Assembly: GCA_034439575.1 (NCBI GenBank) | Contig: JAWXAQ010000008.1 | Coordinates: 160,001-224,000 of the forward strand | Source of the DNA: Leptospira sp. | Lineage (GTDB): Bacteria > Spirochaetota > Leptospiria > Leptospirales > Leptospiraceae | DNA: 64,000 nt | Direction: 5' to 3' | Position numbers and translations under genes: made by a program | Notes under the pieces: generated by a model | Database searches by the model: none | Seen by the model: only the letters and a program-made list of their open reading frames with translations | Told to the model about the DNA's origin: nothing | Shown here: in pieces, positions 49,782 through 58,108 of the stretch | Layout of the letters: each line of letters starts with the position of its first letter | Position numbering within the stretch: position 1 is the stretch's first letter

Positions 49782-50282
49782 TCAAACGTCGGGTATTATA
49801 TCTCCAATAGGTATCATTGGGATAGAATCAGGATCGACAGCTGGTGTCTCTTTTTCTGGTTTTTCGGATTTTACTCCATTTGCTTCGTCGTCTAAAGATC
49901 GTTTGATGGAACGAATTTTTGAGTCTGTTTCATAAAGACGCTCAATCACTCGTTTTAATAGTAAAAATAAAAATTCAGGACTTTCTTGGCTCATCTTGAC
50001 AAATGAATTTCTATTAATAATCCCTAGTTTTGCTGTATCCGAAACGGTAACAATGGATGCTGCCCTTGGACTATTATTTATAATTGCCATTTCGCCAAAA
50101 AATTCGCCCGGTAAAATGCTTCTAAGTTTGGAATGTTTGCCTTCGATATGTTTATAAATATCCAATTGTCCTTCAAAAAGAAAAAACATCGCTCCATTTG
50201 ACGGAACCCCTTCTTTAAAAAGAACTTCCCCCCTTTTGAGAGTCACCATTGAAAGTTTTGATAATGATTCTTTAAGTCCCAT
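49782..50282 (-). CDS. Stand-alone cyclic nucleotide-binding domain protein
   Basis: GEVLFKEG, GEFFGEMAIINNSPRAASI; no HTH; disordered acidic tail. Confidence 0.88.
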   Translation of the reverse strand: MGLKESLSKLSMVTLKRGEVLFKEGVPSNGAMFFLFEGQLDIYKHIEGKHSKLRSILPGEFFGEMAIINNSPRAASIVTVSDTAKLGIINRNSFVKMSQESPEFLFLLLKRVIERLYETDSKIRSIKRSLDDEANGVKSEKPEKETPAVDPDSIPMIPIGDIIPDV

Positions 50283-50694
50283 CTACTAATTCTTTTAATT
50301 TTTGTTCTGCTTCGAGTAATCTTTCAACATAAGTTTGTAATAAAGCATAAACAAACATTGGATTGGTGGTGGCTATTTTGATTAAATTTTGTTTGTCTAA
50401 TATTCCGAGCTGAGCTCTATCAGATTCTATATAAACAGTCATTGATCTGGGATGTGCAGAAATAAGTGCAATTTCTCCAAAAAATTCGCCCGTTGTGAGT
50501 TTGCGGACTTCATGAAAATTGTTTTGATCAGGTGATCCCATTCCTACAGACAAGGTGCCATTTAAAATGAAATACATCTTTTCATTTGATGCCTCTCCCT
50601 CGCGCACTATGACTTCACCACGTTTATAAAGTTTTGTCGGTACAGTATTAACAAAATCGAATATATTGATCGTATTTTCTTTTTTTATCGACAT
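50272..50694 (-). CDS. Stand-alone cyclic nucleotide-binding domain protein
   Basis: GEVIVREG, GEFFGEIALISAHPRSMTV; no HTH. Confidence 0.88.
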   Translation of the reverse strand: MSIKKENTINIFDFVNTVPTKLYKRGEVIVREGEASNEKMYFILNGTLSVGMGSPDQNNFHEVRKLTTGEFFGEIALISAHPRSMTVYIESDRAQLGILDKQNLIKIATTNPMFVYALLQTYVERLLEAEQKLKELVDGT

Positions 50695-52646
50695 TAGTTT
50701 CCGCGATATATATCAGATAGTTCGTTTATGTTTTTATCTTCTGCATATTTCAATGGTGACTTTCCATTGTTATCTTCTAACTTTGGATCTCCACCATTCA
50801 ACACAAAGATTCTTGCCACTTCTAACACCAAATCTTTTTTACCAGGATCAAATTGAATTGCTAGTTCGGAAAGAATAGTTTTACCAGATTTATCTTTGAG
50901 ATTCAGATTGGCTCTACGTTCCATTAGGAATAGTACTAGTTTCTTATATTGTTCAGCGATTGCAATTTCCTTTGATTGTAAAAATTTAATAACTGCCTTT
51001 CGCAGAACAGTCATTCCATTGTTATCAATCGAATCGACCTCTGCTCCTAAGTTTACAAGCACTTGAATCAGTTCATTATTGTTTCTATTGAAGGCTAAAT
51101 GAAGGGCAGATAATCCTCGTTTGTTTTTTGTATTTAGATTTAATCCTTTTGATAACAAAAGTTTGATGATTTCTTGAGTGAATTTTTGGTCTTTTTTGTC
51201 CAATTCTTGTTTGCAGACTATCATCACGAGAGTTTCATCTTCCGAATTTTTTTCATTGGCATCGGCACCAAATGACAATAAAAGTTTAACTGATTCTAAG
51301 TCTTTTCTTTCGATTGATTCTGCTAATAAAGATTTACCATTTTTTGAAATATGATTTGGGTTGGCTTTTCTGCTTAACAGATGTTTGGCGGCCAAAATTT
51401 GTTTTGATTCCAGAGCGAGAGCCAATGGAGTTTCAGAATTTTGAATCGTCAGTGTATCAATAGGAACATTTTTTTTAAGTAATTCTTCGATCGTTTGAGC
51501 ACTTCCCTTTTTCGCAGCCAAATGGATCATTTGATATCCACCTTCGGTGAGAATTTGAAGGGAAGCATCATTTTGAATCAGCACATTGGCAATAGCAAAT
51601 TTGTTTTTATCGATTGATTCTTCGAGAGGATACTTTTTTGTCGTTAAACGGTTGTTTAGATTTGATTTAAATTCTATAAGTAATTTGGTAAGTGCTATAT
51701 CATTCTTTTCGATAGCTATTTCCAATAAAGTTTTGTTTTGTTTGCCAACTAAATCTGGGCTTAATCCTTTTTGAAATAGAAGTTTTAGAATAGCTAAATT
51801 TTTCTTATTATAAGCAGAAAAACTCAAAGGCAAGTCATCCCCATCCAGAATATCCCATTTGGCTCCCCTGTTTAACAGAAGTTCGGTTCCGGCTTGAAAT
51901 GATTTATCAATAGTTAGTAATAGAGGAGAGACTGCTTTCGCATCTTTGGCATTTGGGTCCGCTCCTGCATCTAAAAGTGTCGTCATTAACTTTAAATTCT
52001 TAGTATCTATGCATACAAATAAGGGTGTACGTCCAGTTAATTCAGGAAGGTTGGGATTGGCACCGTTTTGCAATAGATAGGTGATTGAGTCCGTTTTTCC
52101 TTTTTCTACAGCAAGAAATAAAGGTGATTTTCTTGGATTATTTCGTAAATTTACATCTACTTTACTTTCTACAATAAGTTTTTGGACGCTTAAACTTGAT
52201 TTAAGTATCGCTAGGTGAAGAGGGGTATTTCCTTCTGCATCATAGGCATTTGGGTCCGCTCCTTTTTCTACAAGAACCTTAAATTGATTTGTTAGTTTAG
52301 ATGTTACTACATAATGTAATAACGTTTTTCCTTTTAAGTCACGTCGATTTAAATCGATACCAGCACTCAGCAGACTTTCAAATTGTTTTGTTTTGTTTTT
52401 TTCTGTTGCGATCATGATGAGTGATTTACCGTCAGCGTCAGTAACGGAAATATCACCACCGTCTTTAATCCCTTTGTCAAAATCCTTAGGTGAACCTTTC
52501 AAGAGAAGTTGCAACAAATCAGGAACCACTACTTCTGGTGTAACAGGAGTTTCAGTGATTGGTTGTTCGTTTTCTTGCGAGTAACTGTTGTTTGATAAGA
52601 ACAGCAAAGAAATTAAAAGTATTTGTATTAGAATTTGTTTTTTCAT
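50694..52646 (-). CDS. Large exported ankyrin-repeat protein
   Basis: Signal peptide; many ankyrin units (GKTLLHYVV, GNTPLHLAI, KSPLFLAV, GRTPLFVC, GLSALHLA, GKSPLKYA). Confidence 0.92.
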   Translation of the reverse strand: MKKQILIQILLISLLFLSNNSYSQENEQPITETPVTPEVVVPDLLQLLLKGSPKDFDKGIKDGGDISVTDADGKSLIMIATEKNKTKQFESLLSAGIDLNRRDLKGKTLLHYVVTSKLTNQFKVLVEKGADPNAYDAEGNTPLHLAILKSSLSVQKLIVESKVDVNLRNNPRKSPLFLAVEKGKTDSITYLLQNGANPNLPELTGRTPLFVCIDTKNLKLMTTLLDAGADPNAKDAKAVSPLLLTIDKSFQAGTELLLNRGAKWDILDGDDLPLSFSAYNKKNLAILKLLFQKGLSPDLVGKQNKTLLEIAIEKNDIALTKLLIEFKSNLNNRLTTKKYPLEESIDKNKFAIANVLIQNDASLQILTEGGYQMIHLAAKKGSAQTIEELLKKNVPIDTLTIQNSETPLALALESKQILAAKHLLSRKANPNHISKNGKSLLAESIERKDLESVKLLLSFGADANEKNSEDETLVMIVCKQELDKKDQKFTQEIIKLLLSKGLNLNTKNKRGLSALHLAFNRNNNELIQVLVNLGAEVDSIDNNGMTVLRKAVIKFLQSKEIAIAEQYKKLVLFLMERRANLNLKDKSGKTILSELAIQFDPGKKDLVLEVARIFVLNGGDPKLEDNNGKSPLKYAEDKNINELSDIYRGN

Positions 52647-52655
52647 ATAATTATT

Positions 52656-54284
52656 TTATTTGGGAAGATAGGCTCCTGGATCTAAGGCTTGTTGTGAAGG
52701 GCCCTTTCTAACTTCAAAATGTAGGTGTGGTCCAGTTGACTTTCCTGTATTGCCAACTTCGCCTATGATATCGCCCGATTTTACGACTTCACCTTCAGCG
52801 ACTTTTCTCTCATTCTGATGGGCATAATAAGTATAAATATTGTTTTTATGACTAAGAATTGTCAATACACCATAACCACCGCTAGTTGTTATGGTTCTCC
52901 AAACTTTACCATCACTAACTGCTCGAATGGGGGTCCCGACACTCGCAGGTAAATCAACTCCAGAATGAAAGGCTCCCACTTTTCCAGTCACAGGATCTAC
53001 ACGAGTGCCGTAAGCAGAAGAAACATAACGATCATTATCTACTGGCAATTGAAAATACTTTGAGATATCATCATTGTCTACTAATTGGCCTTTATCTTTT
53101 GAAACAAAACCACCAAATACCCAACCTTCCCAAGTATCATCCCAGCTAACATAAATCCATCTTGACCTTACTCCACCGATAGTTTCTAATTCCGGTTTCG
53201 CATCTATGATTTTTACTTTTTCATCTCCAGGAATGGAAGTCACGACTGTTCCATAATCATTTGGTTCATCCCGAAGCCTTAGACTAATTGACCTAACATA
53301 TCTTTTTTCGCCTGATTTTAATTCTTCAGGGTTTTCTTGTGGGAATGCCGGGCCATTGTTATGATCTCCGTAGTCAGCGGCAATTTCACTTTGACTTAAG
53401 TATCCACCGAAAACCCAACCTTTTTGGTAACCACTTTGAATCTGGTGCCATACATCCGAAATTCCATCAATAGTTTCTTCATTGTTAGTTGATAATATGA
53501 CTTTTACTTTTTCGCCTTTGGCAATACGATCAATAATATATGAATTGATATCAGGATTTTCGCGAATATTTAAGCTACTGGCACTTACCCAAAAGTCCTT
53601 ATCTTTGAATTTATCATCAGTTTTTTGATTTCCTTCTTCATCTTTTAAAATATCAGATTCTAAGTTCCTAGATTTTTTATTGGAATTTACTTCTGTTGGA
53701 AAAGCAAATGCACGAGTAGTTGGAGGTTTTACAGAAGCTAGGCGACGTTCTTGCGTATCATTTTTATTGATAATTGAAGGAGAAAGATATTCCGATGGGA
53801 TATAACCCTCTTGTTTGGAAGATAATCGAATCAAACACCAGTTTGGTTTTTCTTTTTTGACTTCTTCATCGTTTTTTAAAACAAGAACAACCTCCACTTT
53901 TTCGCCTCTCTTCGTTTTGAAGGGAAGGTTGAATTTTGGTAATAAATTCGGTTCTGATTTTAATATGAAACTTTCGGAAGCATAACCAAATATTTGTTTG
54001 GTTTTTTTTGCATCTGCTCCGGGAGCATCATTGTGATCTATAACATCTTTTGCTAAGCTTGGATCCACTGGTAATTCCTCAAAATTTAAACCTGGATATC
54101 TATCCTTCAATTTTGAATAAAACTGGGCATATTTAGCTAAAATCTTTTCTTGGCTCGCTTTGTTTTTTTCCAAAAGAGCATCTTGTTTTTGTTTTGCTCT
54201 TTCATCTAATTTAGTTTGCGAAGATAAGGGAGAGAATAACAGAAGTGTGATGGTTGATATAAAAATAATACTATAAATTTTCAT
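52656..54284 (-). CDS. M23-family peptidoglycan endopeptidase with SH3 domains
   Basis: SH3b repeats (SLNIRENP...GWVFGGYL; SLRLRDEP...GWVFGGFV); FHSGVD, YYAHQ, GNTGKSTGPHLHFEVR. Confidence 0.93.
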   Translation of the reverse strand: MKIYSIIFISTITLLLFSPLSSQTKLDERAKQKQDALLEKNKASQEKILAKYAQFYSKLKDRYPGLNFEELPVDPSLAKDVIDHNDAPGADAKKTKQIFGYASESFILKSEPNLLPKFNLPFKTKRGEKVEVVLVLKNDEEVKKEKPNWCLIRLSSKQEGYIPSEYLSPSIINKNDTQERRLASVKPPTTRAFAFPTEVNSNKKSRNLESDILKDEEGNQKTDDKFKDKDFWVSASSLNIRENPDINSYIIDRIAKGEKVKVILSTNNEETIDGISDVWHQIQSGYQKGWVFGGYLSQSEIAADYGDHNNGPAFPQENPEELKSGEKRYVRSISLRLRDEPNDYGTVVTSIPGDEKVKIIDAKPELETIGGVRSRWIYVSWDDTWEGWVFGGFVSKDKGQLVDNDDISKYFQLPVDNDRYVSSAYGTRVDPVTGKVGAFHSGVDLPASVGTPIRAVSDGKVWRTITTSGGYGVLTILSHKNNIYTYYAHQNERKVAEGEVVKSGDIIGEVGNTGKSTGPHLHFEVRKGPSQQALDPGAYLPK

Positions 54285-54347
54285 TAATTCCTATGTTCCA
54301 GTGAATGAGTATAGGAGAGTTTTTAAACATGGTCAAGGTTTTTTGAT

Positions 54348-54875
54348 TCACTCTCCTTCTTCCTCATCAGGCAAAAGTGGCGTAAGGAAAAAGGATATAA
54401 ATTCAAGTTTTCCTCTCATAGAAGACTTTTCATAGATAGAGGCTGTTTGATTTTCGATCGTTCTGAGACTCTTTTTACGCACACCCGCGATTTGTTGGTG
54501 AGAAAATCCCCTTAAAATCAGAATTGCGATTTCTTTTTCTGCATCGGTCAGCTTCCAAGAATTCATCTGGGATTTCACTTCTATCCAAAAGCTAGATTCT
54601 GGGTTATTTAGAATGCGATTCGTTCTTTTTAAATCTTTAATTACCGCTTGTGCCAGGAAGTTTTCCTCCGCCTCCGTTTTCATTTCACGATAAAGGATCG
54701 AAATGGCAAGAAAGGAAGAGAGGGCAATAAAGGATTCAAATGTTGCGATCAATAATCGAAAACGATCAAAGATCTCTGGGGGATTAGTGAGAGTGTAAAT
54801 TTCTTCAATGATCCAAAGAACCAGGGAAATTACATAAAACCAAAGAAAAATAATACGGTATTTGCGTTTGTCCAT
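54348..54875 (-). CDS. Membrane-anchored LuxR-type HTH regulator
   Basis: Two N-terminal TMs; C-terminal LTDAEKEIAILILRGFSHQQIAGVRKKSLRTIENQ; AGGAGG SD before MDKRKY at 54875. Confidence 0.85.
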   Translation of the reverse strand: MDKRKYRIIFLWFYVISLVLWIIEEIYTLTNPPEIFDRFRLLIATFESFIALSSFLAISILYREMKTEAEENFLAQAVIKDLKRTNRILNNPESSFWIEVKSQMNSWKLTDAEKEIAILILRGFSHQQIAGVRKKSLRTIENQTASIYEKSSMRGKLEFISFFLTPLLPDEEEGE

Positions 54876-54992
54876 CCTGATACCTCCTAAGTTTTTGGTT
54901 TCCCTCCTAAATTTCAAGGAGAATATAGTAGGTTTCCGCAATTGTGGTCATCCTCCATAGCCAACACTCTGGTTTTATGCGAAACTTTGTGT

Positions 54993-55457
54993 ATGAAACT
55001 TCGAATCTTAGCTTTGGTGATCCTTTCTTTCTTTCTGACACAATGCGCTGGCAATAATGTAAGAATTCATGATCGTTCAGAGAATTTGTTTTTCCAAGTG
55101 GCAATCGGTGATTTGGAAAAGGTGAGAAAACTACTTCGAGCAGGTTATAATGTGAACCAGCCTGAAGACACCTTTGATAGGCTCACACCTCTGATGATCG
55201 CGGCCAAAGAAGGTCATGCAGAAATGGTAGAATTACTTTTGTCATTTCGAGCTAATACAAATGCAGTGTCACATAACGGACATACTGCGCTAATGTTGGC
55301 ATCATACCATCGTTATCCCAAGGTTGTAAAAATATTATTGGATGCCGGTGCCGATCCAAATATAAAATCAAATGCAGGTCATACAGCTCTTTCTGAAATT
55401 ACGCAATCTGATAAAGAAGAAATCATACGTTTGTTAACGGAAAAAGGGGCAAAATAA
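54993..55457 (+). CDS. Ankyrin-repeat lipoprotein
   Basis: Lipobox LTQC; TPLMIAAKEGH, GHTALMLAS, GADPN; likely start MKLRIL at 54993. Confidence 0.88.
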   Translation: MKLRILALVILSFFLTQCAGNNVRIHDRSENLFFQVAIGDLEKVRKLLRAGYNVNQPEDTFDRLTPLMIAAKEGHAEMVELLLSFRANTNAVSHNGHTALMLASYHRYPKVVKILLDAGADPNIKSNAGHTALSEITQSDKEEIIRLLTEKGAK

Positions 55458-55840
55458 TGTTAATTCATTTTAATATCAAAAAGATTATATTCTGTATTAT
55501 ACTATTGTTTTTTATTGGATGTTCCAATAGTAGTACCAAGTCAAGTGGTATGCAATGCAGAAACCAATGTCTCGTAGAGCAAACATTATGCATTGCCGTT
55601 ACGAGTAACCAATCTCAATCAAATGGAGCGATCACTTATTCACCAATTTGCCAAATTATAATGTTCACTTGTTTGAATTCATGTGACACCACTTCATCTT
55701 CGAGTACGCGTACAAGAACTTCAAGTGGGGGAAGCCGAAGCAGTGGCGGTTCTGGTGGTGGTAGTAGTAGCGGAGGCGGAAGTTCCGGCGGAGGGAGTAG
55801 CAGTGGTGGGGGCGGTGGCCATAGTGGTGGAGGACATTGA
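55457..55840 (+). CDS. Small Cys-rich lipoprotein with Gly/Ser-rich tail
   Basis: Lipobox FIGC; CX3CX6C...CX6CX3C; (GGGSSS)-like repeats ending GHSGGGH; TAATG overlap with the ankyrin gene. Confidence 0.8.
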   Translation: MLIHFNIKKIIFCIILLFFIGCSNSSTKSSGMQCRNQCLVEQTLCIAVTSNQSQSNGAITYSPICQIIMFTCLNSCDTTSSSSTRTRTSSGGSRSSGGSGGGSSSGGGSSGGGSSSGGGGGHSGGGH

Positions 55841-55920
55841 TGGCGTTGGTATTTCCGAAACAGATAGGAAAACACTAAGAAGTTTAAATCAGGAATGAAT
55901 ACATTCTCTTATCCTGGTGC

Positions 55921-55996
55921 GGAAAGATTTGTAGAGTGGCTTTATCGATTTGAAAATTTTATCTTTGGTTATACCAAGCTTAATGCTAGGCGGCCA
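55921..55996 (+). repeat. Degenerate copy (D) of the structured intergenic repeat
   Basis: AAAGATTTGTAG (55923) and AATGCTAGGCG (55982) match copy C (35773, 35829) with near-identical spacing. Confidence 0.45.
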
Positions 55997-56023
55997 TGTT
56001 ATCTTTGTGAAATTCATCTAAAA

Positions 56024-58108
56024 TTAGGCGGAATGTTTATATATAATTTTAGCTCCAATTTGTAAATTTTTATACAATCTTAAAAAAGTATCATTGGGAC
56101 TTATGCCTTCTTTATCGGATGAAAACTCTGGTTTTAATCTTCGTAAAAAATACATACCCATTTCACCTTTATTTTTTGCCGCCAATTTCCCTCGGTATTC
56201 ACATTCAAAAAAAGATTTCACTTTATCATAAGTTGTTTCTGAAAGATTGACCTCCCCTGCAAGTGATGAACTTTCCATACGACTTGCCACATTGACCGTA
56301 TCTCCCCAGACATCATAAGCAAACTTTGTTTTGCCGACCACACCTGCGACTATTGGACCTGTGTGTATGCCAATTCGTATCTCCCAGAATTTTTTTCCTA
56401 ACATTTGTTTACTTAATTTTATAAAATTCATAAATGCCCTGATTTCAAGTGCAAATAAACAAGCATCTACTGGGTGAGTAAAATTACCTTGCGGTATGCC
56501 ACCAGCTGCCATGTAGGAATCACCAATGGTTTTTAGTTTTTCGAATGTATGACGTAAGGCGATATCATCAAACTGAGAGAATACGGTATCTAATTGGGAA
56601 ATTAAATCTTCGGGTGACATTTGTTCTGCTGAGTGAGTGAAATCTTTAAAATCAGTAAACAAAATTGTAGCGGATTCATATTCCATAGGAACAACTTCGC
56701 CAGTTTCCATCAATTCTTGTGCCAATTCATCGGGTAAAATATTTTTTAACATCTTAATAGATTTTTCACGTTCTAGTTCCAAATCTTTCATTAGATTGGC
56801 ATTGTGTATAGCACCTGCTACTTGTTCTGCGAAAGAGCACATCTCAATGAATTCACTTTTTGACCAATCCAAATTTCGTGAAAGTCTAGTTAGACACAGA
56901 ATTCCGATACAATTGTTTTGAACTACGAGAGGTATTTGTGCAATAGATTCTAATTTGAATTCCTCAGTAATTTTTTGATCATAACCTGATAGTCGGCTCC
57001 TTATGGCAGAAGTTTTAATATATAAGGGTTTTCTCTTGTAAAATGTTCTATGTAAAGATCCTTCTTTTGCATTGAGAGAAACTTTAAAATTTCTAAAAAA
57101 ATTACTTATTAATAAACCTTTATTAAAGACTTCTTGGTTGGTTAAAAAAGGTTTGAGTACATTTTGTTTTTCATCATAAAGAAGAAGGAATGCGAGTTCG
57201 ACACGATGGAATGATTTTAAATATATTAATACTTCGTTAACGATATCATCTATCTTATTGTATGAGTTTAATTTTCTCATTAATCGATTCGCAAATTCTA
57301 GTTTTTCTCGATGAAGCTCTATTTGATTTTTTTCTAATTGGATTTTTTCATTTTTAAATTGCAATTCATCCATCAAAAATCCTGTCTCGATTGAACCTGC
57401 GATATAATCCCCGACGATTTTTATCTGATTGATTTCTTGTTCGGTAAGTTTTAGATTACCAGAATAATCAAACAAATCTAAGGTGCCAATAAATTTTTGT
57501 CTTTGAAATAATGGAACGATTAGAAGTGATTTTAAATTAACGGATATTTGGTTTTCATATTCGACACCGATAGTTTTATATTTTGTTAAATCAGGAATAA
57601 AAAAACTGCGTTTACGTTTCCAGGAATATGCATGAGCATACTTTGTTGTTGTTTCGGAATTGATAGGAATTTTTCGAGAAATGATTTCATTTTTGGAAAC
57701 TTCAGACAATTCTTTTGGGAAATTACTAGCATAAAACTCTAATTCCGATTCCATTTTTTTGAATGTATATAAAACATAATGCGGTATATTGTATCTTTCT
57801 TTTACATATTTTGCCAATATCTCTAATATTTCTTTAAGGTCTTTCGAGGAATTAATTTCTCTTAGCAATGAATCAAGGTCTGTTAGTTGAGAATAAGAAT
57901 TGTATAATTTATCAGAAAAATCATTGGCCTTTTCGATTGATTGTTTTAATTCGCTTTCTTTTTCTGCAATAACTTGTTTTGTAATTATAAGTTCATTATT
58001 CTTAGCGATTAATTCCATCTTATGAAAATTATTTTCTCTAAAAAATTTAATCATAAAATAAAATAATATGAGACAAAGAAAAATTAGAATCAAAACAAGG
58101 ACTAACAT
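56024..58108 (-). CDS. GAF-containing class III adenylate cyclase (catalytic residues intact)
   Basis: N-terminal TM, two GAF-like domains; LFTDFKDFT, EKLKTIGDSYM, RIGIHTG, YDVWGDTVNVASRMES. Confidence 0.93.
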   Translation of the reverse strand: MLVLVLILIFLCLILFYFMIKFFRENNFHKMELIAKNNELIITKQVIAEKESELKQSIEKANDFSDKLYNSYSQLTDLDSLLREINSSKDLKEILEILAKYVKERYNIPHYVLYTFKKMESELEFYASNFPKELSEVSKNEIISRKIPINSETTTKYAHAYSWKRKRSFFIPDLTKYKTIGVEYENQISVNLKSLLIVPLFQRQKFIGTLDLFDYSGNLKLTEQEINQIKIVGDYIAGSIETGFLMDELQFKNEKIQLEKNQIELHREKLEFANRLMRKLNSYNKIDDIVNEVLIYLKSFHRVELAFLLLYDEKQNVLKPFLTNQEVFNKGLLISNFFRNFKVSLNAKEGSLHRTFYKRKPLYIKTSAIRSRLSGYDQKITEEFKLESIAQIPLVVQNNCIGILCLTRLSRNLDWSKSEFIEMCSFAEQVAGAIHNANLMKDLELEREKSIKMLKNILPDELAQELMETGEVVPMEYESATILFTDFKDFTHSAEQMSPEDLISQLDTVFSQFDDIALRHTFEKLKTIGDSYMAAGGIPQGNFTHPVDACLFALEIRAFMNFIKLSKQMLGKKFWEIRIGIHTGPIVAGVVGKTKFAYDVWGDTVNVASRMESSSLAGEVNLSETTYDKVKSFFECEYRGKLAAKNKGEMGMYFLRRLKPEFSSDKEGISPNDTFLRLYKNLQIGAKIIYKHSA

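Noticed and set aside
32300-49800. Prophage, IS element or defence island in the AT-rich stretch
   Set aside because: No integrase, transposase, phage structural gene or recognisable defence gene; it looks like an accumulation of small accessory modules.
55725-55836. GGT/AGT-rich tandem repeats as a CRISPR array or VNTR
   Set aside because: No constant repeat with unique spacers; the repeats are in-frame Gly/Ser codons with synonymous variation.
55636-55898. Pro-rich minus-strand ORF and Val-rich alternative-frame ORF
   Set aside because: By-products of the Gly/Ser codon repeats of the 55457..55840 lipoprotein.
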